Below, in pieces: positions 1-7,843 of a stretch of 64,000 bases of DNA. Within the stretch, counting starts at the first letter, position 1; each line of letters starts with the position of its first letter. The translations under genes and the position numbers were made by a program. The stretch lies in assembly GCA_029856125.1 (NCBI GenBank), contig JAHQWJ010000107.1, positions 1-64,000 on the forward strand, in the 5' to 3' direction. A model generated the notes under the pieces. That model saw nothing but the letters and a program-made list of their open reading frames with translations, was not told where the DNA came from and searched no databases. This stretch comes from Promethearchaeia archaeon (GTDB lineage Archaea > Asgardarchaeota > Lokiarchaeia > Sigyniarchaeales > SOKP01).

Positions 1-167
1 TCGCTTAACCTTGCTAATTCCATGGTGGGAACTCCCGAGCCACATCCAATGTCCAATATTCGGGGTTTCTCCATTTTTGGAAGTTTTTGAAAGGCTTCTA
101 TGGTGTACTTATTGAATACTTCTCTAAGGTGGTCTAAATCAAGCTCCTTTAATATATCTTCAGACAT
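1..167 (-). CDS. Class I SAM-dependent methyltransferase (5' part; runs off window start)
   Basis: Manual translation from ATG at 167: MSEDILKELDLDHLREVFNKYTIEAFQKLPKMEKPRILDIGCGSGVPTMELARLS; ILDIGCGSG is SAM motif I. Confidence 0.85.
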   Translation of the reverse strand, partial: MSEDILKELDLDHLREVFNKYTIEAFQKLPKMEKPRILDIGCGSGVPTMELARLS

Positions 168-260
168 GAGTTACCAATCCATTGAAATTATAAGTAAACC
201 ACTCATTTAAATGTCGTGGATAAAAGTAAGAATACAATAAAAGTTTAAGTTTGTGCTTAT

Positions 261-731
261 TCAAGTTGTCTTTCTGTTTAGTTTTTCTTTTAAATTAGTT
301 AACGCAGCTGACCACGCATTTTCAAAATAATCGCGAGCTTTTTGCCAATCTGGATCATCTCTCCAACCAGAGTGGAAGAGAAAGAGTGTTGTTTTTTTCG
401 GATCATCAGAACTAGATGAAAAAACGACTACCACATGCGTCAAAGGATTGCAGAAATTCATAAAAGATTGAAATCTTTCTGGACCTTTCCATTCGAATGA
501 AATAAATTTATCTTTTTTGAAGCTAGTAATGTTACATCCTATTGTACTATTAATTTCCCGATTCTTGGGGTCAAAAAACAGTTCGTATTTTCCCCCAACT
601 TTAGGATCGACTTCTGCTTTCTCAGGCAGCCACGATTCTAATTTTTTGTTAATAGTGAAGAAATTGAACGCTTCTGAGATGTCACAGCTCAATTCCATTT
701 CAATATGAATAATTTTTTGCATTATATTCAC
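261..731 (-). CDS. SRPBCC/AHSA1 (START-like) domain protein
   Basis: Typical pattern LESW..AEVDPKVGGKY..ISFEW..LFHSGW..W..ALTNLK. Confidence 0.8.
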   Translation of the reverse strand: MNIMQKIIHIEMELSCDISEAFNFFTINKKLESWLPEKAEVDPKVGGKYELFFDPKNREINSTIGCNITSFKKDKFISFEWKGPERFQSFMNFCNPLTHVVVVFSSSSDDPKKTTLFLFHSGWRDDPDWQKARDYFENAWSAALTNLKEKLNRKTT

Positions 732-776
732 TCTAAAGTAGAGTAACTATAAGAAAGTAAGTTAATTTTTAATTTT

Positions 777-1442
777 TTAATAGATAAACGGTATAAGTTT
801 TTTACTTTTCTTTTTATAATTAGTGAATTCTTCCCCAAAAACCTCAAAAAGAAGTCTTTCTTCTTCATCTATTCTCATTTTAAATACAATAAAATAGAAA
901 ATCGAAACGAATAATAGCGTAATTATACTTCTAAAGACTAAACCGAACCCAATAACAGCTATTAATGCCCCAGAATACATTGGATTACGAATGTGTTTGT
1001 AAACCCCTCCGGTGAAAAGTTTGTGATCTTCCTCCTTTATTAATTCACCTGAACCGAACTTACCAAGCTGAACTCGTCCTACAATAACTAAGATGCCTGC
1101 GGAGAGATAAATGACAAATCCAATATAACTAACAACAGGATTATCCCAGAATGGTAGTATCGATGATATTAGAAGCTTATTCTCATAAAAAGCAGCAATT
1201 AATAAAAACGGTGATAACAAAAACATCAACAATATTAAAAAACTATATATTTTTGAAGGATTTCGCTCTTTCGTTAGAGGGCGTATCAATGTATCTGTAA
1301 AAGCAATTATATAATTCGTTAACAAATATAAAACATAAATGGGTGCTGTAAAAATTTCTGGAACAAGCAGAATATAGAATATACTTGGATACGTAATCTG
1401 CAATATTAAAAAGAGTAAGATTTTTTTACTAATGTCTTTCAT
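777..1442 (-). CDS. Isoprenylcysteine carboxyl methyltransferase (ICMT/PEMT) family membrane protein
   Basis: HKLFTGGVYKHIRNPMYSG, EEERLL..FGEEF..Y, KKLIPFIY motifs; several TM helices. Confidence 0.85.
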   Translation of the reverse strand: MKDISKKILLFLILQITYPSIFYILLVPEIFTAPIYVLYLLTNYIIAFTDTLIRPLTKERNPSKIYSFLILLMFLLSPFLLIAAFYENKLLISSILPFWDNPVVSYIGFVIYLSAGILVIVGRVQLGKFGSGELIKEEDHKLFTGGVYKHIRNPMYSGALIAVIGFGLVFRSIITLLFVSIFYFIVFKMRIDEEERLLFEVFGEEFTNYKKKSKKLIPFIY

Positions 1443-1535
1443 CTTTAATCTCTCTTATAATACAATAATAATTTACTAATCTATATAGTGAAACTAAAGA
1501 ATAAAAAATATGTTGAAAATAAAAATTACTAAAAA

Positions 1536-2309
1536 TTAGGTTTCTTCTTCCTCGCTAGATTCCCTGCCTAACAAGCGCATAACAGAATCAGCAAGTTTAT
1601 TTTGGCTACGACTCATGATTCCCTTAATCTTCCCCTCTTTTCCAAGAACGCGTAGCATAATGCCATTCCATACGGAGGAAGGATTACCTTTAACTTTCAT
1701 GAATTTGTCTCTGTGTATTTCAACACTAATATTGTCGTAGTTTTTTGAAGCGTCAGAGCATTTAAAACATAATATACATTTATCTATGTCTACTGCTATG
1801 TCCTTACCTTCACGCGACATAGCGTCCACAGCACACTCCTTAGTAAAAGCGTCAATTACTTTGGTATCTTTCTCAGTACAATTAAATTTAATTGAACCGT
1901 GTACAACCTTGCGGACTTTATGACCGTTTTCTAAAGTGCGAACTTCTTCGTCAAACTCTGCAAGAGACCCATTTTCTACTAATAATATCTTATTTTCCCC
2001 ATTGATTAGCAATTCTAATGTATATCCTGGACAAATCCACGTACAACTGCCGCACCAAATACACTTTTCCGTATCTACGACAATCTTCTTGTCGGATTCG
2101 ATTCTCATTTCTTCTGGTGTTCCGATAGCTGTTCGTTTTAATGGTTCGTCGTAAATAGATATAGTTACAGGACAAACTCTATGACAAAATCCGCACTCAA
2201 CGCACTTACTTTCGTCATATTTAAGGATACTTTCATGCGAGAGCATTTTATAAACAAAATGAGTAATATTTTCATCAATCTCGATTGTTTTCTTAGCTGG
2301 TAACGACAT
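1536..2309 (-). CDS. Polyferredoxin / multi-[4Fe-4S] protein (FwdF/MvhB-like)
   Basis: CVECGFCHRVCP, CIWCGSCTWICP and a degenerate CILCFKC motif; last gene of the hdrA-mvhD-fdhB run. Confidence 0.75.
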   Translation of the reverse strand: MSLPAKKTIEIDENITHFVYKMLSHESILKYDESKCVECGFCHRVCPVTISIYDEPLKRTAIGTPEEMRIESDKKIVVDTEKCIWCGSCTWICPGYTLELLINGENKILLVENGSLAEFDEEVRTLENGHKVRKVVHGSIKFNCTEKDTKVIDAFTKECAVDAMSREGKDIAVDIDKCILCFKCSDASKNYDNISVEIHRDKFMKVKGNPSSVWNGIMLRVLGKEGKIKGIMSRSQNKLADSVMRLLGRESSEEEET

Positions 2310-2399
2310 AATCCTTCACTTTAAGTTTTCTTTCTTTAATTAAAAATATTTTTTTGTATTTTTAAGAATTTATATCCAAACTTTTTGACCAAATTAGAA

Positions 2400-3539
2400 T
2401 TACGTTTTTCCTAATTCCATTTGACTAATCGCTTTCCCAGACCTGAACGGTATATCGTCTAGACTCTCACCTGCGCTATAACCAAATTTTTCCTTAAAGG
2501 AATCGTTTAACGATTGGAAGTAAAGTGATAGTGGAAGATGTTGTGGGCAATTATTATCACAATTACCACATTCTATGCACCGGTCTGCGACATGAGCAAT
2601 CCTTGTTAATTGATAAGATTCCTTATTGATAATCTTTTCCTTCCGCTTTTTCATTAGAATGCAATCAACGCAGTAACACACAGGACATCCACGAATGCAC
2701 ATATTACACATTGTACATTTTTGGAACCTTTCCAATTTATCTTCCTGAGAAAGCTTGTCCCATTCTTCTAAATCCTTTGCTCTCTTTGCTAAAGCAGTAT
2801 CTTTGATTTTTCTAAGAGTTTCGGTGTGTTTTGTTCTCAAATCCTCAGGTAAGGTTTTTTTGTTGATCTTTGATTTTTCTACGAGATCTGCACCTTTATC
2901 TGAATATACTATTAGGAGAATTTCGTCTGAATCAATAGGTAATACCAGATCGCTAACACTGATATCAGCAACAACGGGGACTTTTCTGATACAACGCGTA
3001 CAATTCTCTGCTATATCTAATCCAACTTCTTTAGTGCTACCATCTTCAAATTTAAGAATTAATCCATTATCGCCGACTTTTTCTTTAACTACTTTAGTTA
3101 AATCGAGTCCTTCTACTTTCTTCAATTGACGCGAAACATTTATTACCATCCCTCTATCCTCAAAGCCAACAACGAAAAGATTATCCATGTTAATCTGTCT
3201 AATCTTTGCTAACTCAATTATTCCGCGAGTATCACAGGGACGAGCAATAACTCCGACTTTTTCGTTCTTAGCCCCATCAACTGATTTATGTAAGAATTTC
3301 GCAGCCGTATCCGTTCTAGCGTATCCATATGCAATTAAATTTGTTAAAGGAAAAGTTGTAAGGTCTTCTGGTTTTTCAACAATTACTGGAGATACAGTAA
3401 ATCTATCTATAGCCCCAGATTTCTTATCTACTTTCAATTTTGCTCCAATAATCTTATCTACGAATTTTTCTTGCAAGAGCGTCGCTAATAGCTTAGGAAA
3501 ATCTTCAATCTTAATTAAATATTCATCTAATGCATCCAT
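2400..3539 (-). CDS. fdhB: FdhB-like (F420-binding FrhB/FdhB family) flavo-iron-sulfur subunit
   Basis: RPCDTRGIIELAKIRQINMDN, CTRC, CTMCNMCIRGCPVCYCVDC, RCIECGNCDNNCP match the FdhB layout. Confidence 0.75.
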   Translation of the reverse strand: MDALDEYLIKIEDFPKLLATLLQEKFVDKIIGAKLKVDKKSGAIDRFTVSPVIVEKPEDLTTFPLTNLIAYGYARTDTAAKFLHKSVDGAKNEKVGVIARPCDTRGIIELAKIRQINMDNLFVVGFEDRGMVINVSRQLKKVEGLDLTKVVKEKVGDNGLILKFEDGSTKEVGLDIAENCTRCIRKVPVVADISVSDLVLPIDSDEILLIVYSDKGADLVEKSKINKKTLPEDLRTKHTETLRKIKDTALAKRAKDLEEWDKLSQEDKLERFQKCTMCNMCIRGCPVCYCVDCILMKKRKEKIINKESYQLTRIAHVADRCIECGNCDNNCPQHLPLSLYFQSLNDSFKEKFGYSAGESLDDIPFRSGKAISQMELGKT

Positions 3540-3638
3540 GTTATTTCAACTCAAATTAATAAAGACTTTTTTTCAATTTTTTTTTTAATTATTTTTTAAT
3601 TATTTTTTACATAACTATTACTTTTTAAATTTTTTTTT

Positions 3639-3712
3639 ATGTGTTATATGGTGCTCCCATATCTTCAGCTGAGTTCTCATTTTTTTTAACTCAGCCTCAT
3701 TAGCTAACACAT
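3639..3712 (-). promoter_or_regulatory. Eukaryote-like SECIS element 1 (3' of mvhD; likely serves hdrA and mvhD)
   Basis: Minus strand: AUGUGUU-AGCUA-AUGA-G-GCUGAGUU-[AAAAAAAAUGAG]-AACUCAGC-U-GA-AG-AUAUGG-GAGCA-CCAUAU-AACACAU; perfect 8-bp upper helix and 7-bp lower helix, starting immediately after the mvhD stop. Confidence 0.9.
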
Positions 3713-4147
3713 TTATTTTTTTGAGGAGTTATTATTTTTTTTCCGTAATGGGCTCGGTCCAAGTTTCCGTATTTCTTCATCAAAAGAAGTTGCTACTTTT
3801 CGATATTTCGAACCTTCCGCTGAACTGCAATATTCCATTTTTAATCTTTTTGGGTTAAGTCCAACGGCTTTAACCACTTCTTTTATATAAGCAATTGACC
3901 TATGTGCAAAATAGTTACCTTTTTCATAATCACATTCTCCAGGATATCATCCAACAACGAGTATTCCGTCAGCACCTCTCCCAAAACTTCTCATAATTAC
4001 ATCCGCACCAACTCTTCCTGTACATGGAACTAACACGGTTCTTAAAGATATGGGGTATTGAGCTCTAATAGTTCCCGCCATATCAGCTGCACCATAGCCT
4101 CATTTTAAACATAAAAAGGATAGAATTTTAATATCGTCGTCTCTCAT
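3713..4147 (-). CDS. mvhD: MvhD/VhuD [2Fe-2S] subunit, selenoprotein with 2 Sec (U16, U67), 144 aa; missing from ORF track
   Basis: MRDDDIKILSFLCLK-U-GYGAADMAGTIRAQYP...VPCTGRV...GADGILVVG-U-YPGECDYEKGN...SSAEG...LGPSPL; TGA at 4100-4102 and 3947-3949 occupy conserved MvhD Cys positions; TAA stop at 3713-3715. Confidence 0.93.
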
Positions 4148-4160
4148 TTTAATTTCCTCT

Positions 4161-6122
4161 TTAATCTTCTATTGGCAATAATTCGTCAATATAAACTGAA
4201 TATTGAACGTCTTTGTAATGCGCTAAATCTATTGCTTTAGAAGGGCATATTGCAGTGCAAATTCCACAACCTCTGCAACTTATTACATCTACAACAATCT
4301 TTCCTTCATCATTAATAGAAATTGCATTGTATGGACAAGCATCAATACATTTATAGCATTTTGCACATCTTTCGTCTATTGGTTGGGCGCGTATTAATTC
4401 AATAATGTATTCTCCCTGTCCCATTGGAATGCCTGCTGAAGATGCTGCTCCTTTAGCCTGGCTTACAGTAAGTTCAATAGACTTCTGACCTTGACAAGAA
4501 CCTGCTAAATAGATACCTGGAACCTTAGTTTTGATTGGTTCTAGACGCGGATGAACTTCTTTTAGAAACCCATCTGATGATTTTTCGATATTCATTATAG
4601 CAGCAATTTCATTTGTGCCTTGAGATGGTAGTGATGCCGATGACAAAACAACCATATGAACTTCCATTTTTACTAGCGTATCAGTCCCAACAGGTTCAAA
4701 TTGAACGATAAGATTCTTTGTTAAAGGGTCTTCTTCTATTTTTCCTATCATCCCTTTAACAAAAAGAATTCCTGCATCTCTGGCTCTTTTGTAATACTCT
4801 TCATACATCTTCCCCGCACATCTCATATCTATATAACATACTGTAATTTCGGAATCGGGATATTCAGAGATTATAAGTTTGGAATTCTTAACAGATAAAT
4901 TACAGCAAACTACGCTACAATATGCATTCTTTTTTATATCTCTTGATCCTACGCAGTTAATGAATAATATTTTCTTTGGACGTTTTCTATCTGAGGGGCG
5001 TACCAAATGACCGAACATAGGACCATTTGGAGCAAGGATTCTTTCTAGTTGGATTTGTGTGATTACATTCTCGTATTTCCCGTACCCATAATCGTCTTCT
5101 TGATATATGTCCCACCCTGTTGCCACAATTATTGTTCCTATTTCAAGTTCTACTATTTCATCTTGTTGGCTAAAGTCAATTGCTTCCAAATCACAAGACT
5201 CGACACATGCAAAACATTCTACACACGATTCCCTTACAATATCATAAACTGCCGGAACTGCTTGAGCAAATGAAATATCGATGCACTTACGAGCTGACAG
5301 ATTTTCATCAAAATAATTAGGAACATATATAGGACATACTTCCGTACATGCACCACAGCCAGTACATTCGCTTTCAATGACAAATCGAGCTTTTCTGTTT
5401 ACATGGGCTCTAAAGTTACCTATGTATCCTTCGACTTTTACTACTTCACTATAAGTAAGCATTTCAATATTTGGATGGCGATCAGCTTCAAGCATCTTAG
5501 GTCCGAGAATTCATATTGAACAATCATCCGTGGGGAATGTTCTATCTAACTGAGACATACGACCACCGACTGTTGTCTTCTTTTCAACTAAATAAACTTT
5601 ATATCCCGCATCTCCCAAATCAATTGCAGCACTTAAACCAGCAATCCCTCCACCAATAACCAAACAAGTAGGGTTTACATCTACTGTTTTTGTAGGTATC
5701 TCTTCTAAAAATTGCGACCTTGAAATCCCTGCTTTTACTAATTCTATTGCTTTAAGTGTAGCGTCATCTCTTACTTCCATTGCTTGATGAACGTAACTAC
5801 AATGTTCTCTAATGTTTACAAATTCCAAATATCTCTGTGGTAATCCTGCTTCTTTTAAAATAGCGTGAAATACTGGTTCATGTGTTATTGGAGTTCAAGC
5901 AGCCAAGATAATTCTGTCGAAGCCTTTTTCGTCTATTTGTTCTTTCATAAATTCAGCTCCTCCAGACGTACACAAATTTAAATACTCGTAAGCGTAAACA
6001 TCATCGAGTTTATCAATTTCTTCTACAATTTTAGGCACATCTAAAATGCCTCCAATATTAACTCCTCATCTACATATAAATGCTCCGATTTTGTGTTTAC
6101 TATTGGTCTGTTCTTCAGACAA
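4161..6122 (-). CDS. hdrA: Heterodisulfide reductase subunit A, selenoprotein with 3 Sec (U19, U76, U204), about 653 aa; joins ORFs 5511..5828 and 4161..5495 with an unannotated N-terminus
   Basis: One frame from TTG 6122 (or GTG 6131): KIGAFICR-U-GVNIGG..NLCTSGG..DRIILAA-U-TPITHEP..EFVNIREHCS..GGGIAG..TFPTDDCSI-U-ILGPKM..; TGA at 6066-6068, 5895-5897 and 5511-5513; also CVGSRD, YCSVVCC and ferredoxin motifs. Confidence 0.93.
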
Positions 6123-6378
6123 ATTTTCCACCTTTTGTATTTGTATCCTCCTAATTTTAAATGTATCTTCTTATAACGATTTTTATTAATTGTACTTGAT
6201 TAAATAAATATGATCATGCAAATGGTTCTTATTATTAAAATTCAATTATTATTAGTTTTATACCGATTATTTTTGATTTTAAGACTTTCATCATTGCTGT
6301 TATAGTTGAAAATAACCAAATCAGATTTAAATAAAATAAACATAATATAGATCATATCTTTTTAGTAGGTGAATATTC

Positions 6379-7191
6379 ATGGCAGAATCTCAAAAATCTA
6401 ATAAAAAATCAAAATACACAATTGATTCGATTCAAAGGAAAGCGTTAATTAGTAGAATATATCCTATCCTCTTGGTGGGGTCAATAGTTTGGTTGTCGGG
6501 AGAATATTTGTTTAGCTTTCTTTTCTCAGATTTGGATTTTACAGGACAAAATTTATTGTACTATGTAATCATTGTAATAGTAGAAGCGATTTTATTTATC
6601 TCGTTTTTCTTTGCCTCTAATAATAATAAAATATTATTGAGTATCTTCTTCTTTATAGCATTCAGTTTTCTTGCAGGAATTTTAAGTTTACCCGTAGTGA
6701 TCTTTACAGAATTTATACCACAAGTTCACATGCTTGTCAGTTTGTCAGTTGGTGCAAATTTTATAGTTTACTTCTTAAGTCTCTTTTTAAGGGAAAAGTA
6801 CTTTGCCAAAGGATATATTTGGACGCATATCTTATTATACCTAATTGGAGTTGCCATAGTAGAAATCATTTTTATTGTTATTTTCAATATCCAAAACTTA
6901 TTACTAACAATACCTATCTCACTGGCATACATTTTGATTGTTTCCTTAATTTTGATGTTTTGGGGCACCCGTACCATTAAAAAAACTGAAAAAGAGAATT
7001 GGATATATGCATTATTTAAAATTCTTGGAATTTTACTAATAGCGCTTGTCTTAGCTGTCGTTGTTGTAGTTATTGTACTTTTAATTATTGCACTAGCAAT
7101 TATATCTGAAGGAAATTTTGATTTGAGCGGGATAGGTTCTGGAGGGGGTGGAGGAATTGGAAGTAAAAAGAAGAAGCAACAGCAAATCTAA
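6379..7191 (+). CDS. Polytopic membrane protein, possibly Bax inhibitor-1/YccA-like fold
   Basis: About 7 hydrophobic segments; Gly-rich and Lys-rich C-terminus; GGTGA RBS upstream. Family call is tentative. Confidence 0.45.
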   Translation: MAESQKSNKKSKYTIDSIQRKALISRIYPILLVGSIVWLSGEYLFSFLFSDLDFTGQNLLYYVIIVIVEAILFISFFFASNNNKILLSIFFFIAFSFLAGILSLPVVIFTEFIPQVHMLVSLSVGANFIVYFLSLFLREKYFAKGYIWTHILLYLIGVAIVEIIFIVIFNIQNLLLTIPISLAYILIVSLILMFWGTRTIKKTEKENWIYALFKILGILLIALVLAVVVVVIVLLIIALAIISEGNFDLSGIGSGGGGGIGSKKKKQQQI

Positions 7192-7281
7192 CTCTTTTTC
7201 TATCTTTTTATAAATGAAAATTCTACTATAGTTAGAAGAATTGAATAAAGAAATTAAATAAAAAAAATAGATAAAAAAAAA

Positions 7282-7839
7282 TTACTTTCCGCCAAATTCC
7301 GAAACATCGCCAAATAAACGCTTTATAGCTTCCAATCTGGTTTCTTCGCCAATTTGTTCGACATTTTTCAGACTTATTGCTTCTTTTGGGCAAACCGCAA
7401 TACATTGAGGTTCTGTTCTACCAACTTCAGGATCGATGAAATCTTCTTTCATACCATCGCAGAGGTCACATATTAAGGCTTTTTGAGTTTCAATGTGTAA
7501 GTTTATAACTCCGAATTCGCAAGCGCGGATACAATAAGCACATCCATTGCACTTGTCATCGTCTACGATTATTGATCCCGTCTCTGGATTTTTCTCCAAA
7601 GCCTTTTCTGGGCAACTACGAATGCATGGAGCCTCTTCGCACTTCTGACACGCTAGAGCGATGTTAAAAACAGGTTCAATTCGGACTCTATGAATTCGGG
7701 TGTTAATAGGGTTAAATTCACCATCGTGGACAAACGAGCATACTGATTCGCATGTTTCGCATCCAGTACATAAATCTGGGTCAATAATTATGAATTGATG
7801 CATCTTCCCGCCACGCTTCTTTAATGATGATCTTGACAT
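7282..7839 (-). CDS. 4Fe-4S dicluster electron-transfer subunit of AOR (DmsB/HydN-like)
   Basis: CTGCETCESVC, CQKCEEAPCIRSCP, CNGCAYCIRAC, CDLC..QCIAVCP; 4 nt downstream of aor. Confidence 0.88.
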   Translation of the reverse strand: MSRSSLKKRGGKMHQFIIIDPDLCTGCETCESVCSFVHDGEFNPINTRIHRVRIEPVFNIALACQKCEEAPCIRSCPEKALEKNPETGSIIVDDDKCNGCAYCIRACEFGVINLHIETQKALICDLCDGMKEDFIDPEVGRTEPQCIAVCPKEAISLKNVEQIGEETRLEAIKRLFGDVSEFGGK

Positions 7840-7843
7840 TTTC

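Noticed and set aside
2755-3588. Antisense or alternative-frame ORFs (e.g. 2755..3129, 3187..3588, 21104..21610, 54862..55215, 61180..61671)
   Set aside because: They lie opposite well-supported genes and have no motifs; shadow ORFs
3540-3640. Long A/T homopolymer tracts here and in many other intergenic regions, as repeats or a CRISPR leader
   Set aside because: Low-complexity, terminator-like or spacer sequence typical of an AT-rich archaeon; no repeat-spacer periodicity anywhere in the window
3713-6122. hdrA and mvhD as pseudogenes with nonsense mutations
   Set aside because: All five stops are TGA, all fall on conserved Cys positions, there are no frameshifts, and a SECIS follows
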